64,000 nt of DNA from Candidatus Heimdallarchaeota archaeon (lineage in GTDB: Archaea > Asgardarchaeota > Heimdallarchaeia > JABLTI01): contig JAHLVW010000066.1 in assembly GCA_019058275.1 (NCBI GenBank), forward strand, positions 64,001-128,000. Reading direction: 5' to 3'. A program made the position numbers and the translations under genes. The notes beneath the pieces were generated by a model. The model worked only from the letters and a program-made list of their open reading frames with translations, had not been told where the DNA came from and did not search any database. Shown here piece after piece: positions 31,924-42,758 of this stretch. The first letter of the stretch is position 1; every line of letters starts with the position of its first letter.

Positions 31924-32742
31924 TTAATCATATGTTTTTGTTGATCCTTTAGCAATAACATCGTGTTTATGGATACTTTCTAAACTTTTGACGATAGCTT
32001 CCAAATCTAATTTTTTATCTTTGAATTTCTCTTTTGCTTTAGCTAGCATACTTCTACATACATCTTCAACAAACATTGGATTCTCATACATACAATCAAT
32101 TACTGATTGCTCATCATCTGTTTTTAGAATTGAATAAGTTTCAGCTGAAAATGACTTTCTTAATACTTCTACCATGGATTCAAATGAGGGCAAATGCTCA
32201 ATTTGTCCTCTAGCACTCAATTTACCTAACGCTCTTTGTATATGTGTTCTTTTCTTTGGGTGATTTTCCATTGCATGTGGACAAACAGTATTTCCAATAT
32301 ATTCTATTGAAATCTCTATCTGATCTTCTTTTCTATCTTCAACCCAAGTTTTTACTGTTATATTTGTTACCTCAAAAGTTTTCTTTTTACTTACAGGCGT
32401 TTTTGTTTCATAGAAGAAATCAAAATTAAGTGAGAGGTGAGCATTGGTATAAGGATGCTTCTCTTTTAATTTCTTTAGCACTTGCAAAGATAATTCTTCA
32501 ACAGAATTATGAGCATTTCTTTCATCATTGATTATCTCAATAACTGATTCACTTATACGAGACATGTGTGCTCCTTTCATGTCTGCTGGAAGGTTAATTG
32601 TCGCTTCAATCACAGGAGTCAAGTGAAATGTTTTTTCATTTCTTGTTATCACTAATAGAGTCTTGAAATTTGTTATCCCAACATAGTCCAAAGAAATTTC
32701 CTCTTTGGGTTTGGTATTCTGCGTTTCTATTTGCTTCTTCAA
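31924..32742 (-). CDS. mptA: GTP cyclohydrolase MptA/FolE2 family
   Basis: KGAHMSR, TVCPHA, THIQR, ENPMFVEDV, ESIHKHD. Confidence 0.85.
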   Translation of the reverse strand: MKKQIETQNTKPKEEISLDYVGITNFKTLLVITRNEKTFHLTPVIEATINLPADMKGAHMSRISESVIEIINDERNAHNSVEELSLQVLKKLKEKHPYTNAHLSLNFDFFYETKTPVSKKKTFEVTNITVKTWVEDRKEDQIEISIEYIGNTVCPHAMENHPKKRTHIQRALGKLSARGQIEHLPSFESMVEVLRKSFSAETYSILKTDDEQSVIDCMYENPMFVEDVCRSMLAKAKEKFKDKKLDLEAIVKSLESIHKHDVIAKGSTKTYD

Positions 32743-32927
32743 TTTTGCTCATTCCATCTATGAAGTCTCTATATTCTATAATCGAAGTCTGATTTAAAGA
32801 ATTAAAACTCTTTCTTTTATTATTGAAAACCATTTTACCTTATTTTTTCAAGATTTCATGTAAATAAGAAAAGCTTTTCATAGTGATAGTTATTTGTAGT
32901 ATATTTGTTCAGAAAAAGGAGATTTAT

Positions 32928-33680
32928 ATGACAATAAAAGCAGTACTATTTGACATGGATTCCACTTTAAATTCAATAAATGAAATAGCTTTTAGTCGCA
33001 AATATTTCAAAATGTTGCACAATCGTTTCTTTTCTGACCTTGCTCATCAGTTTTTCTATGAATCTCTAACAGATATCACAAAAAATGTCATGCTTAGTAA
33101 AAGTCCACGTGAACTAGCAGTTAAAACGTTTATGAGTGAAATGTCAAAGTGTTTTAAAAAACCAGCAAATAAGATCTATGATAATTTCAAAGAATTTTAT
33201 GTTACTGATTATAATCAACTAGAAGAATTTGTTCAACCAGCTGAAAGTGCAAACGAAGTTGTTCAATTATGCTTTGACAAAGGTTATGTTGTTGTTATTG
33301 CTACGACACCAATTTTCACTGAAACTGCTATAAGGAAGAGATTGAAGTGGAGTGGTTTTGGAGCTTATGATTTTAGATTGGTAACTCATGCTGAGAATAT
33401 GCACTTTTCTAAACCACGTGAAGAATACTACACAGAAATCATGAAGAAAATCAGAAAGAATCCTTTCGAATGTATAATGGTTGGTAATGAGTTTATGGGT
33501 GATATAGTTGCTCCTACAAAGTTAAGCATGAATACTTTCTATTGTCCTCAACCTTCAGATAATGATGAGCTCTTTGTCTCCCCAGAATTAAAACGCTTCA
33601 GTAAAATCAAACCTTCTTACAGAGGAACATTAAGAGATTTCATTGAATTAGTTAAAAACGATTTTCAATCCAATCTTTAG
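32928..33680 (+). CDS. HAD-superfamily hydrolase
   Basis: LFDMDSTL, KP, CIMVGN...DI. Confidence 0.8.
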   Translation: MTIKAVLFDMDSTLNSINEIAFSRKYFKMLHNRFFSDLAHQFFYESLTDITKNVMLSKSPRELAVKTFMSEMSKCFKKPANKIYDNFKEFYVTDYNQLEEFVQPAESANEVVQLCFDKGYVVVIATTPIFTETAIRKRLKWSGFGAYDFRLVTHAENMHFSKPREEYYTEIMKKIRKNPFECIMVGNEFMGDIVAPTKLSMNTFYCPQPSDNDELFVSPELKRFSKIKPSYRGTLRDFIELVKNDFQSNL

Positions 33681-33690
33681 AGTTTTTTTG

Positions 33691-34203
33691 TTAAAGTAAA
33701 TCGTTTTCGGATAGCACTTTTAGACCATTTTGTTTTAACAAAGCTGTAGTAACTCCTGATCCCCTAGTTTTCGCTTCTTTATCATCTCTTTTATTATAAA
33801 TAAAATTCACACCACACGACGGGCTGCTCTCTTTCAGAATAGCTAACTTTACTTTGTTTATTTTGGCTACTAACAAAGCTTCTTGAGCTCCTTTAATGAA
33901 GTTCATACTTACATCTTCAATATTTCTATTTATGCCCTTAGTTTTACCTTTCAATACATCTTCGCCAGAACCACTTTCAATGCATTGAGGTATTCTTGGT
34001 ATTGGCAACCCTCCTAGCTGTTCTGGACAAATAGATATGAACAAACTTCTATTGGATAATTCCACAATAATCGAATTTTCATTACTAGAACCATCATATA
34101 CACATTTGACTCCTAAAAGACAAGCACTAACAATAATAGGACCCATTTCATTTGCTAGAATTTTTTCTATTAGCTCATTCTTAGCTGTTATACAGAATGT
34201 CAT
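33691..34203 (-). CDS. DUF523 (2-thiouracil desulfurase-like) Fe-S protein
   Basis: VSACLLGVKCVYDG, CPEQLGGLPIPR, LKESSPSCG. Confidence 0.85.
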   Translation of the reverse strand: MTFCITAKNELIEKILANEMGPIIVSACLLGVKCVYDGSSNENSIIVELSNRSLFISICPEQLGGLPIPRIPQCIESGSGEDVLKGKTKGINRNIEDVSMNFIKGAQEALLVAKINKVKLAILKESSPSCGVNFIYNKRDDKEAKTRGSGVTTALLKQNGLKVLSENDLL

Positions 34204-34285
34204 AATCCTCTTTTATAATAAAAACAGATAACAGGTACTTTAATTTTCTGAGTTTTATTTAAATTGAACTTAGTAGATAATTTAA

Positions 34286-34978
34286 TTGATTATTATGAAT
34301 TCTGTAACAGGAGAGAGTATAACCAATACTACAACTGACGCTTCTTATAGTTTGCATGCACACATGTATAGTTTCTTTACTGGTTTTCTATACATGATAG
34401 GGGGAAGTTTTCAGAATAGATTTAGAAGAGATAGATTCACAGAATTCTTACCAATAAAAGCCGATGAAAGGATTTTAGACATTTGTTGTGCTAATGGAAA
34501 GGGAACAAATGTTTTAGCATCATTTGCTAAAGATTGCAAAGTAACAGGTATCGATATCGATCCAAAAATGATTATCTTTGCTATCAAAAATTCAAGAAAA
34601 GTATCAAATGTCAATTTTAGAATTGCTGATTGTACAAATATGCCTTTTCCTGCTAATACATTTAACATAGTAAATTCTTTTCTTGCTTTACACGAAATAC
34701 CTAATGAATTAGTTCCCATAGTTCTTAATGAGATTAAAAGAACTTTGAAGAAAGATGGACTTCTACTAATCTTCGAATTAAAATTGCCAAAGAAATCTTC
34801 CTTAGATATACTCAACCTTCGATATTATCTCTTTAGACTTTTCGAAGATGAAAATGCAGCTAGATTTATGATGACTGATCAAGTGAAATTGGTTGAAAAA
34901 TCAGGCTTTAATCTTGTGAAAAGCAAAGAATTCCATTTTGGTTTAACATCAGTTAGATTGTACAAAGTTAACAAATAG
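34286..34978 (+). CDS. Class I SAM-dependent methyltransferase
   Basis: ILDICCANGKG, GIDID, MPFPANTF, LALHE. Confidence 0.8.
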   Translation: MIIMNSVTGESITNTTTDASYSLHAHMYSFFTGFLYMIGGSFQNRFRRDRFTEFLPIKADERILDICCANGKGTNVLASFAKDCKVTGIDIDPKMIIFAIKNSRKVSNVNFRIADCTNMPFPANTFNIVNSFLALHEIPNELVPIVLNEIKRTLKKDGLLLIFELKLPKKSSLDILNLRYYLFRLFEDENAARFMMTDQVKLVEKSGFNLVKSKEFHFGLTSVRLYKVNK

Positions 34979-35083
34979 AAAATTTTAGAACCTACTTTCA
35001 TTTATAAAAGAGTTAAAAAAATCTTTTATTTTTTTAGTTCAAATGAATTTTCTCAATTAAAATAATATAAATTTTAAAGAGGT

Positions 35084-35965
35084 TTAAACTAAACCTCGTT
35101 CAACAAGCATGCTAAATTCCTCAAGAGAGAGTTTCTTACCATCTTTATATTTTTGTAATGCTTTCTCTGCTCGAGCTTCTATTGATTCTTTGACTTCTCT
35201 GAAATGATCAACACGTGCTTTCTGTCTAATTTTTTGTAATTCTTTTTGGTGTTTCTCTTTTCCTTTGATGACATCAATGAACTTCTTATGTGTTTCATCT
35301 GCGGTTTTCTTTGTTTCTATGAAATCTTTATGCCATTGATCAGCATCTTTTCGTATTTCGTCTATTTCAGCAAATAACTTGGTCATTTCATGATGATGCC
35401 TTTGAGATGATTTTGCTGTTCTGATAACTGCTTTATGATAGTGATTCAATTCAGCTTTAAAACCTTCATAAGTGCTAAAACGAGCATTTCTTTCTTGCCT
35501 TAAGGTTCTAATTGCTTCTGCTTCTTCGAGTTGTTCTTGCAAAGTAGCAATTTCTTGAACTAGTCGTTTTTCTTCTTCAGCTGGTAAAATTTCTGTTTGA
35601 ATTTTCCACTCAAGTTGTTTCAGATTTCGACGAAGAACTTTCTCAGGAATAGGAGGTTTTGGTAAAGGTTCTAATTCTTCGTCTTCCTTTATTTGGTCAA
35701 CTTCTTTTTTTGCTTCTACGAGATTTTTGCGAACAACTTCTCTTTTTTCCTTAAATTCTTGGACTTTTTTGTTTTCTTCATCTCTTTGTTTTTGATGGTC
35801 TTTAACTTTAGCAATTAGTTCAGCCATTTTTTTGTTTAACTCATCTCTTCGGTCTGCTTTTTCTCGAGCTTCAGTATTTAATTTGTCTCTGTTTACTCGA
35901 AGCTCACTTGCTTGCTTCTCGAGATCGGATAATTTTAGAACGAGTAGGTCAACTTCTGATATCAC
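35084..35965 (-). CDS. Conserved archaeal coiled-coil protein (COG1340-like)
   Basis: RDELN repeats, LEWKIQT, ADQWH...ADETH, GKKLSLEEF. Confidence 0.75.
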   Translation of the reverse strand: MISEVDLLVLKLSDLEKQASELRVNRDKLNTEAREKADRRDELNKKMAELIAKVKDHQKQRDEENKKVQEFKEKREVVRKNLVEAKKEVDQIKEDEELEPLPKPPIPEKVLRRNLKQLEWKIQTEILPAEEEKRLVQEIATLQEQLEEAEAIRTLRQERNARFSTYEGFKAELNHYHKAVIRTAKSSQRHHHEMTKLFAEIDEIRKDADQWHKDFIETKKTADETHKKFIDVIKGKEKHQKELQKIRQKARVDHFREVKESIEARAEKALQKYKDGKKLSLEEFSMLVERGLV

Positions 35966-36331
35966 GGGGATCGCCTTTAATTTTCAATAGAGGATTTATT
36001 ATAAAGTTAAAACCTTACGGATTTAACTCACATTCTATTAACGCTCAAAATACTTTGAGCATTATAATCGAAAATGAAATATAGACTTTTATAAATTCTT
36101 CGTCAACATCTTATTTCAAAAAAAGAGAAGAACTCTAGTACAATCTTCAAACGAAAAGTACTCAAAAACAAGTATTAACACTTAAAAAAAATGGTCAATT
36201 ACTAGCAAAAAGTTTTGAATATTAAAAGCTCAAACTATCCGAAATGCTAAAATAGAGAAAAGAATTCGCCAATATAGAGTAAAAAATATTAATCTTAGAC
36301 ATTGAATTGCTAATACAAGGCGTGAAACTTT

Positions 36332-37756
36332 ATGACAAGTAAATTCCTGAAACTCTTCAAACCATTAACACATTTAACCTTTGAAGTTAAAAAGCCTGAT
36401 CGAACAGTTTCATTTAAAGAGAAAGCTGTTTGGACCATTGTCTGTCTTGTAGTTTACTTCATTATGATTAGCGTTCCACTCTACGGTATAGAAGAAACTG
36501 TTGGACAAGCTGACCCATTCTTTGCTATGAGAGCAATCTTAGCCTCTCAAAGAGGAACTTTGGGAGAATTAGGTATAGGTCCTATTGTAACAGCTGGTCT
36601 TATTATGCAATTACTTGTTGGCAGTCAAATCATCAAAGTTGATTTCAATAATCCTGAAGAAAGAGCATTATACACTGGTGCCCAAAAAGTATTAAGCGTT
36701 TTAATGGTCCTCTTCGAGGCTGGTGCTTACCTTTTCGGTGGTGCTTATGGTGAGGATATTACTCTACTAACTGGTACATTAATATTCGTGCAACTGCTGG
36801 CAGCTGGATTAGTTATCATGCTGATGGATGAGTTAATCCAGAAAGGATATGGTTTAGGTTCAGGAATATCATTATTTATTGCTGCTGGTGTTTCATTTAA
36901 CATACTAAACGGTCTGTTTGGATTCACAGAGGGGATTGGAGCAGATCCCGCAGGAAGGTACTATGGAGCAATCATAGCATTCTTCTATGGATTAGCAAAT
37001 AATGAGAAATTCATTAACGTCATATATAGACCATTAAATCCGGATATCATAGCTTTTCTAGCGACGATAGTCGTTTTTGGAATAGTTATATATGTAGAAT
37101 CTATGCGGATTGAAATACCGATCTCGCATGCCAAGTATAAAATTCCAGCAAGATATCCTATCAAGTTCCTTTACACGTCGAATATACCGGTAATACTGGC
37201 GTCAGCGTTGTTTGCGAATGTTTACTTCATCTCACAGATACTATACAAGAGGGTATCGGGAAACCCGATCGTCGACCTGATCGGCCGGTGGGACTTCGCC
37301 GGCGATCAACCAATGCCGACAGGTGGATTAGTTTATTATACTACAGCCCCTCGGGGAATATCGCAGATCGTAGACGATCCTATGCGGGCTGTGATATATT
37401 TAGTTATACTAGTTGCTGCATGTATGATTTTCTCGGCAATATGGTTGGAAACTGCAGGTATGGGTCCACGGGATGTTGCGAAACAACTCCTGGATGCTGA
37501 TATGCAAATTCCCGGTTTCAGAAGGAATCCCAAGGTCTTAGAAAAGTACCTTGAAAGATACATCCCTATAGCTGCCCTGCTGGGCGGTCTATTCATAGGG
37601 GTCTTGGCGGGATTCGCGGACTTCCTAGGAGCACTAGGAACGGGAACGGGAATTCTGCTGACTACGGGAATCATCAAGCAGTATTCAGAAATAATAGCCA
37701 AAGAACGTTTGGCAGAAATAAGTCCCGCAGTTCGGGACTTCCTAGGTATGGAATAA
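36332..37756 (+). CDS. secY: Preprotein translocase SecY/Sec61-alpha
   Basis: GTLGELGIGPIVTAG, KGYGLGSGISLFIA, YPIKFLYTSNIPVIL, GTGILL. Confidence 0.97.
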   Translation: MTSKFLKLFKPLTHLTFEVKKPDRTVSFKEKAVWTIVCLVVYFIMISVPLYGIEETVGQADPFFAMRAILASQRGTLGELGIGPIVTAGLIMQLLVGSQIIKVDFNNPEERALYTGAQKVLSVLMVLFEAGAYLFGGAYGEDITLLTGTLIFVQLLAAGLVIMLMDELIQKGYGLGSGISLFIAAGVSFNILNGLFGFTEGIGADPAGRYYGAIIAFFYGLANNEKFINVIYRPLNPDIIAFLATIVVFGIVIYVESMRIEIPISHAKYKIPARYPIKFLYTSNIPVILASALFANVYFISQILYKRVSGNPIVDLIGRWDFAGDQPMPTGGLVYYTTAPRGISQIVDDPMRAVIYLVILVAACMIFSAIWLETAGMGPRDVAKQLLDADMQIPGFRRNPKVLEKYLERYIPIAALLGGLFIGVLAGFADFLGALGTGTGILLTTGIIKQYSEIIAKERLAEISPAVRDFLGME

Positions 37757-37796
37757 AATCCTTACCTTCATTTTTTCCTTTTTTGGAAAATAAAAC

Positions 37797-37941
37797 GCGA
37801 GGGTAGCCAAGTGGTCAACGGCGAAGGACTCAAGATCTCCAGTATTTAACTGGAACAAAACTAGGCGTATGTCGTTGGTAACCCTGATGGGAAATCCTTT
37901 CCTGTAGAGGTTCGTGCGTTCGAATCGCGCCCCTCGCACCA
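37797..37941 (+). tRNA. tRNA-Leu(CAA) with a 59-nt intron at 37/38 (37835-37893); CCA encoded
   Basis: GCGAGGG/CCCTCGC acceptor stem, AAGGA/TCCTT anticodon stem, CAA at 37831-37833, BHB helix CTCA/TGGG, GTTCGAATC T-loop. Confidence 0.93.
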
Positions 37942-38045
37942 TTTTATATCAATTTCTTAACTTCTGTTGATTTACCAAATACTTAAAACACCTAGTATTA
38001 ATTATACACAAGTAATTTTATTCATTAAAACCGGGATGGGTATTA

Positions 38046-38861
38046 ATGGAAATTTCAAAAGAAGAAATTGTAAAAAGTGAAGAAGTAATCGAAGAAACAA
38101 GAGTAGAGAAAAAGGGTTATTCCATCAGATTTTTCATATCATTAGCATTTTCATTTATTGGTATTGGTTTGTTAATTTTCTTAAATTCTAAACTACGAAC
38201 TATAATTAATACTCATGAAGGCAGTACTAATCCTAATGCATTGTATGACAATTATTTCTTTGATGGAATCTATTCCATATTTGCTGATAATTGGTCACTT
38301 GAATATACTACACTAAACACAGGGTTTTATATTGTTATGCCTATCATATTAGTATTATTATTCCTATCTGGTAGTACAATTTTAGCAAAAGATACAAGAG
38401 AAGCAAGAATTCAAATCTTCATTAATTGGTTTCTATACATAGCTTGCGCAATAACTACATTCCTTTTCTATTTAGTAAAAAAAGATGATGATACCATATG
38501 GCTTCAAGGCAATCCGTTTTTATGGTTCTTTGCTATGGTTCCATTCTATTTTATGTTAGCTTTACAGATTTCATTGCTAGTTGAGAAAAGAACTTTCTTG
38601 CGTTGGTTAACATTCTGGAAAGAAGAAGAACCTGAATATGAAGGTGTTATCATTATCATCCTTAGAGCTATCAATCTACTATTTATGTTTGCAATTATTG
38701 CCAATTATGCTTGGATTCCATTTTTCATGGGAATTGCTAAATTTGAAAATGTAGAAGCTCGTAGGTATCTCTTTCAAGTGCCACCAATACTGACAATAAC
38801 TTTTATGCTTCTTTGGTTACTAATAAAATTGATAGTTAATATAATTAAGAAGAGAAGATAA
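38046..38861 (+). CDS. Hypothetical multi-pass membrane protein
   Basis: 271 aa with ~6 hydrophobic helices. Confidence 0.65.
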   Translation: MEISKEEIVKSEEVIEETRVEKKGYSIRFFISLAFSFIGIGLLIFLNSKLRTIINTHEGSTNPNALYDNYFFDGIYSIFADNWSLEYTTLNTGFYIVMPIILVLLFLSGSTILAKDTREARIQIFINWFLYIACAITTFLFYLVKKDDDTIWLQGNPFLWFFAMVPFYFMLALQISLLVEKRTFLRWLTFWKEEEPEYEGVIIIILRAINLLFMFAIIANYAWIPFFMGIAKFENVEARRYLFQVPPILTITFMLLWLLIKLIVNIIKKRR

Positions 38862-38959
38862 TCAAAGAAAAGTTAGAAAATAAAGTATAATATAGCTATG
38901 TGTCTAAAATATAAACATACCATAGCTTTCTTTATCTTTTAATACTGAATTTTAGATTT

Positions 38960-40165
38960 TTAGAAGAATGTTCTCAATCTTGTGTATCTTTTGGGGAATG
39001 CCAAGTTTATTTTTTTAATCATCTCATTATTAACACTTACCTTGTTGGATTCAATAAGATCATAGATTGTTCTGTAACCAGTGAAAAGTTGCGTAAAAGC
39101 ATTGATGTCTGAACTAAGATCTGCAGTTTTATTGTTACTCATTTCAACCTTTGCTTTTCCATTTTTTATTGTAATATTCATTTGATTAGTATTCCATGGT
39201 GCAAACTCGTCGTCTATCTTGATTGAAAATGAAAAGTTCAAGTTCTTCTCATAATCAAGTAGTTCCATTGCCTTTTCGATATCTACAATTCGAAACATTG
39301 GTCCGCCGGTAATTTGATATTTAAAAGATCCTTCCCAAAGGTCATCAAAATAATCTGTCACTCGTTCATCGCCTAAGAAACTAAAGCTAAAATCTTTGTT
39401 TTGATCTGTATGTTTCTTAATATAATCAAAAACTGTTAATCTTGCATGTTCACTATCAACAATTACATCACGTAGATTTAATCGAACGTTCCATGGTCCT
39501 TCTCTCTTTTCTAAATTGGTTATGAAGTATCCAACATTTTCCCCATTCTCAATGATGACAAAGATTTTGCTCTTTTTCTTTAAATGATTTTCCTTCCACA
39601 TTTCTGGACTATCAAATATAACTAAGTTGAATTTCTTACCTATCTTTTCCCTAATATACATAATAACTTTGAATGATTCCTCATGTGATATTTCTTTAAT
39701 TTCTAATGATTGGAAATCTTTAGGAATAAGTATATTTTTTGGTGGAGCAATTACCCAACCAAATTCAGCACAATTTTCATATCCATATCTTCGATAAAAT
39801 GAAAATTTAAATGGATATAAAACAGAAACAATCTGTTCATTTTTTCTCATAATTTTTAGTGATTCTGTAACCAATGCTGTTACTTGTCTTTGTCTTCGAA
39901 AGTGTGGTTTAGTTGCTACTGCGCCTATTCCTCCCATTTTCATTAAAACCCCTCTAACAAACATTTTGTAAGGATGAATGACATATGTACTAGTTAGTTC
40001 ATTGTTAACATAATAACCAAGGCTGTTTTTCAAATCAAGTGTAGCAAACCATCTTTTCCAATCTGAATCTTCCATTGCTTCAGAATAGAAACAATACTCC
40101 CACAAGTCTCTTAGATTCTCTTCTTTTTCATTTGATAATCTTTTAATTGACATATTCAGATTCAC
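38960..40165 (-). CDS. Eis-like GNAT acetyltransferase with C-terminal SCP2-like domain
   Basis: GGIGAVATKPHFRRQ, SVLYPF..SFYRRYGYE, MFRIVDI, PWN, LFTGY. Confidence 0.85.
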   Translation of the reverse strand: MNLNMSIKRLSNEKEENLRDLWEYCFYSEAMEDSDWKRWFATLDLKNSLGYYVNNELTSTYVIHPYKMFVRGVLMKMGGIGAVATKPHFRRQRQVTALVTESLKIMRKNEQIVSVLYPFKFSFYRRYGYENCAEFGWVIAPPKNILIPKDFQSLEIKEISHEESFKVIMYIREKIGKKFNLVIFDSPEMWKENHLKKKSKIFVIIENGENVGYFITNLEKREGPWNVRLNLRDVIVDSEHARLTVFDYIKKHTDQNKDFSFSFLGDERVTDYFDDLWEGSFKYQITGGPMFRIVDIEKAMELLDYEKNLNFSFSIKIDDEFAPWNTNQMNITIKNGKAKVEMSNNKTADLSSDINAFTQLFTGYRTIYDLIESNKVSVNNEMIKKINLAFPKRYTRLRTFF

Positions 40166-40281
40166 CAGTTTTTTGATGAATATGTAAAATATAAATATTA
40201 CAGTCTTATTGTTTTTTTTATTTGATTATAAATTACAAAGATTTTAATGTCAATTATGACTACTTATGATACTAAGAGGTT

Positions 40282-41181
40282 TTGGAGTTTCACGACTTGC
40301 GACCAGGATTTACTGCATTGATCTTTATATCTGGAATAATAATCTTACATGTTATTATATTTCTAACTTATTATACTATAGTCATGAGGTTAATTTTTGG
40401 TAAACCAAAAAATAATCCAAAGCAATTTCTGAGAAGAAACAAAAACAAACTATTGCATGATGAGCAAAAGAAGAGAATAGTTTTTGTTGGTGATAGCATT
40501 ACTCATGGAATTTTAAGTGTAAACTACATCAAAATGATTGCAAAAGAATTAGGCAAGAGTAAATTTTATTATATTAATGCTGGAATAAATTCGCATCTGG
40601 CTTATAATGTTCTTATGAGAATAGATGAAATTGTTGCTTGCAATCCTGCTTACATCACAATAATGATCGGAACAAATGATGCCCATCGGGAAATGAAACT
40701 ATATAAAGAAACAAGATCTTCAAAGAGAATCAATCTGCCAAGAGAACCAACCAAGGAATGGTATAAAGAGAATTTGTTGAAGATAATCACAATTTTGCAG
40801 AAAAAGACAAATGCTAAATTAGCTATTTGCTCAATCCCACCAATTGGGGAAAATATGAATCATCCAATTTTCAAACAAAGCATTGAATATTCAAAATTAA
40901 TTAAAGAAATAGCTGAAAAGAGGGATTTAGTTTACCTGCCAGTTAATGAAAAGCAAATAGCCTTTTTAAAAGCAAATCCATCTAAACCAAAGCATGAACC
41001 TGAACACATGCTATATGAAACTACCGCAGCAAAATACTTTCTTTTGGGGCATAGTTTTGATAAGATGTCAAAGCATTATGGCTTTAATCTTTTAGTGGAT
41101 CATTTACATTTAAATTCTAGGGGAGCAAAAATTGTGGCAGATCTTATTGTTGGGTTCATTCTTTCCCAAGATTCTTCGTAA
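40282..41181 (+). CDS. SGNH/GDSL hydrolase with N-terminal TM
   Basis: FVGDSIT, NAGIN, IGTND, DHLHLN. Confidence 0.85.
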   Translation: MEFHDLRPGFTALIFISGIIILHVIIFLTYYTIVMRLIFGKPKNNPKQFLRRNKNKLLHDEQKKRIVFVGDSITHGILSVNYIKMIAKELGKSKFYYINAGINSHLAYNVLMRIDEIVACNPAYITIMIGTNDAHREMKLYKETRSSKRINLPREPTKEWYKENLLKIITILQKKTNAKLAICSIPPIGENMNHPIFKQSIEYSKLIKEIAEKRDLVYLPVNEKQIAFLKANPSKPKHEPEHMLYETTAAKYFLLGHSFDKMSKHYGFNLLVDHLHLNSRGAKIVADLIVGFILSQDSS

Positions 41182-42001
41182 ACTCTAGTGATGGTTGTTC
41201 TGCATCTGGGTGAACATTATTGTACCAATAAAGCTCATCACAGAAACTAGCATGGTGTAATGTTTGGGTTCTCCTCATGTTCCAGAATTTTCCTGGATGT
41301 GCTCCTTGTACATTTCCTCTATAGCAAGATGCAATGTAAGCAATGTTCGGATCTTGAAAATCTTTAAGAGCTTCATGTATAACACATTTATCGAATCTGA
41401 ATAATACTTTGTAATCATCAAAGAAGCATGAAGTGAAATTTCCTAATCCAGTTTCAGTCCAATATTTAATTGATTTCTCACCGGATTCCCTTTGAGTTTT
41501 TCTCTTATAATCAGCATTTCTCACTTCTTCATCAACTATTTTAGCAAGAATCTGTTTGTATAACTCAAGACCCTTCTCTTCACCTAAAACATCAATAAAC
41601 GATTTGACGCGATAATAAGAAATTCGTATATAGGCTTTTGTGTAATTTAAATTGAAAATTTCTACTCTGTCATCTTTGGTTTTTGTTCCATCAGGCAAAT
41701 CCCAATATTTGCAAACAAATTGGCTGATTATGTCTTGTAGTTCTTTTTTATCTTTCAAAATTGTTAGATTTTTAACAACTTCTTCAAGTTCTAAGAAACT
41801 TGAATTAACCTTTTTATTATCCACATCTTCGTTTAACCGTTTTTTCAATGCCTGAATGTATTCACTTTCTATCTCTGGTTTGATTTCCATGAGATATTTA
41901 AGAAAAGGTTCAGTTGCTTGAATAATGCGTCCAAGATTTTCAGATGGATTGACATTATGAATTGCTTTAGTATTATAACACTTATGATTCTCAACTTTCA
42001 T
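41156..42001 (-). CDS. ATC-hydrolase-like (V4R/HNOX clan) protein, subtype A
   Basis: KCYN...FDKC..HEALKDF.DP..AY.ASC...RRTQTLHH..FCDELYW...EQPSL. Confidence 0.65.
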   Translation of the reverse strand: MKVENHKCYNTKAIHNVNPSENLGRIIQATEPFLKYLMEIKPEIESEYIQALKKRLNEDVDNKKVNSSFLELEEVVKNLTILKDKKELQDIISQFVCKYWDLPDGTKTKDDRVEIFNLNYTKAYIRISYYRVKSFIDVLGEEKGLELYKQILAKIVDEEVRNADYKRKTQRESGEKSIKYWTETGLGNFTSCFFDDYKVLFRFDKCVIHEALKDFQDPNIAYIASCYRGNVQGAHPGKFWNMRRTQTLHHASFCDELYWYNNVHPDAEQPSLEFTKNLGKE

Positions 42002-42089
42002 AATTGCTAAGTTAGATTCTTGCTTAAAAAGTATACTCTAAATTCTTGGTAAAACTACAGTCATATTCTCAGAATTCGAGAATTTGTAT

Positions 42090-42758
42090 CTACTCTTGAT
42101 ATGTTTCTTGTAATTTCTTGATTAGTTCTGGGTCTTTTATTAATACAAGTAGAGATGATGCTAGATCATTAATGTAGTTTACAGAATCAATGTCTATATT
42201 GATATATAGATCTGTTAGTATCTTGCTCTTTGGAATTTTTGCAACTATGTCTCTATTATATTCTTGTTCTAAATCAAACATTTTAAGCATAAGCTTTTCA
42301 AAAACATTATAGTTGATCAACGGTTTATTATCAATATTCTCTAAAACAGTGTAGAGTTTTTTTAGATGTTCTTTTCTTTTCTCTGCAACTTCAGGATAAA
42401 CCTCTTCTTTCTTAGCTTTGAGAAATATATCAGCTGTTCGTGTGTACAATTTTTCTGATAATCTCTTTCCCTCTGTTAATCGATGACCAGATATCTTTAC
42501 TAATTCAGCTTCTTCTAATTTCTCTAGATATCGATAAATAGTCTTAATGGTATAGGTGTGCTTATTCGTTTCTTCATCAATATATAGCTCATGAATCTCT
42601 TTTGCAGTCATGTATTTATTGGCTCTTAAAGCCTTAATGATAGTTAGATGTTCTTCTGCAAGTTTTGTTTGCTCTGGATTTAGAAATTTAATAATCGGCG
42701 TTTCATAATCAATATAATTCTTGAATTTGCTGTTTTCTTTTTTTGTCATGATGTACAC
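42090..42758 (-). CDS. Winged-helix transcriptional regulator
   Basis: MTAKEIH...TIYRYLEKLEEAELVKISG...EKLYTRTA. Confidence 0.75.
   Translation of the reverse strand: MYIMTKKENSKFKNYIDYETPIIKFLNPEQTKLAEEHLTIIKALRANKYMTAKEIHELYIDEETNKHTYTIKTIYRYLEKLEEAELVKISGHRLTEGKRLSEKLYTRTADIFLKAKKEEVYPEVAEKRKEHLKKLYTVLENIDNKPLINYNVFEKLMLKMFDLEQEYNRDIVAKIPKSKILTDLYINIDIDSVNYINDLASSLLVLIKDPELIKKLQETYQE

Noticed and set aside
37336-37701. Antisense ORF as the cause of the secY GC shift
   Set aside because: It is an in-phase shadow of secY, covers only part of the shifted region, and has no protein-like features.
37835-37893. Box C/D guide RNA inside the tRNA intron
   Set aside because: CTGA is present but there is no RTGATGA box C.
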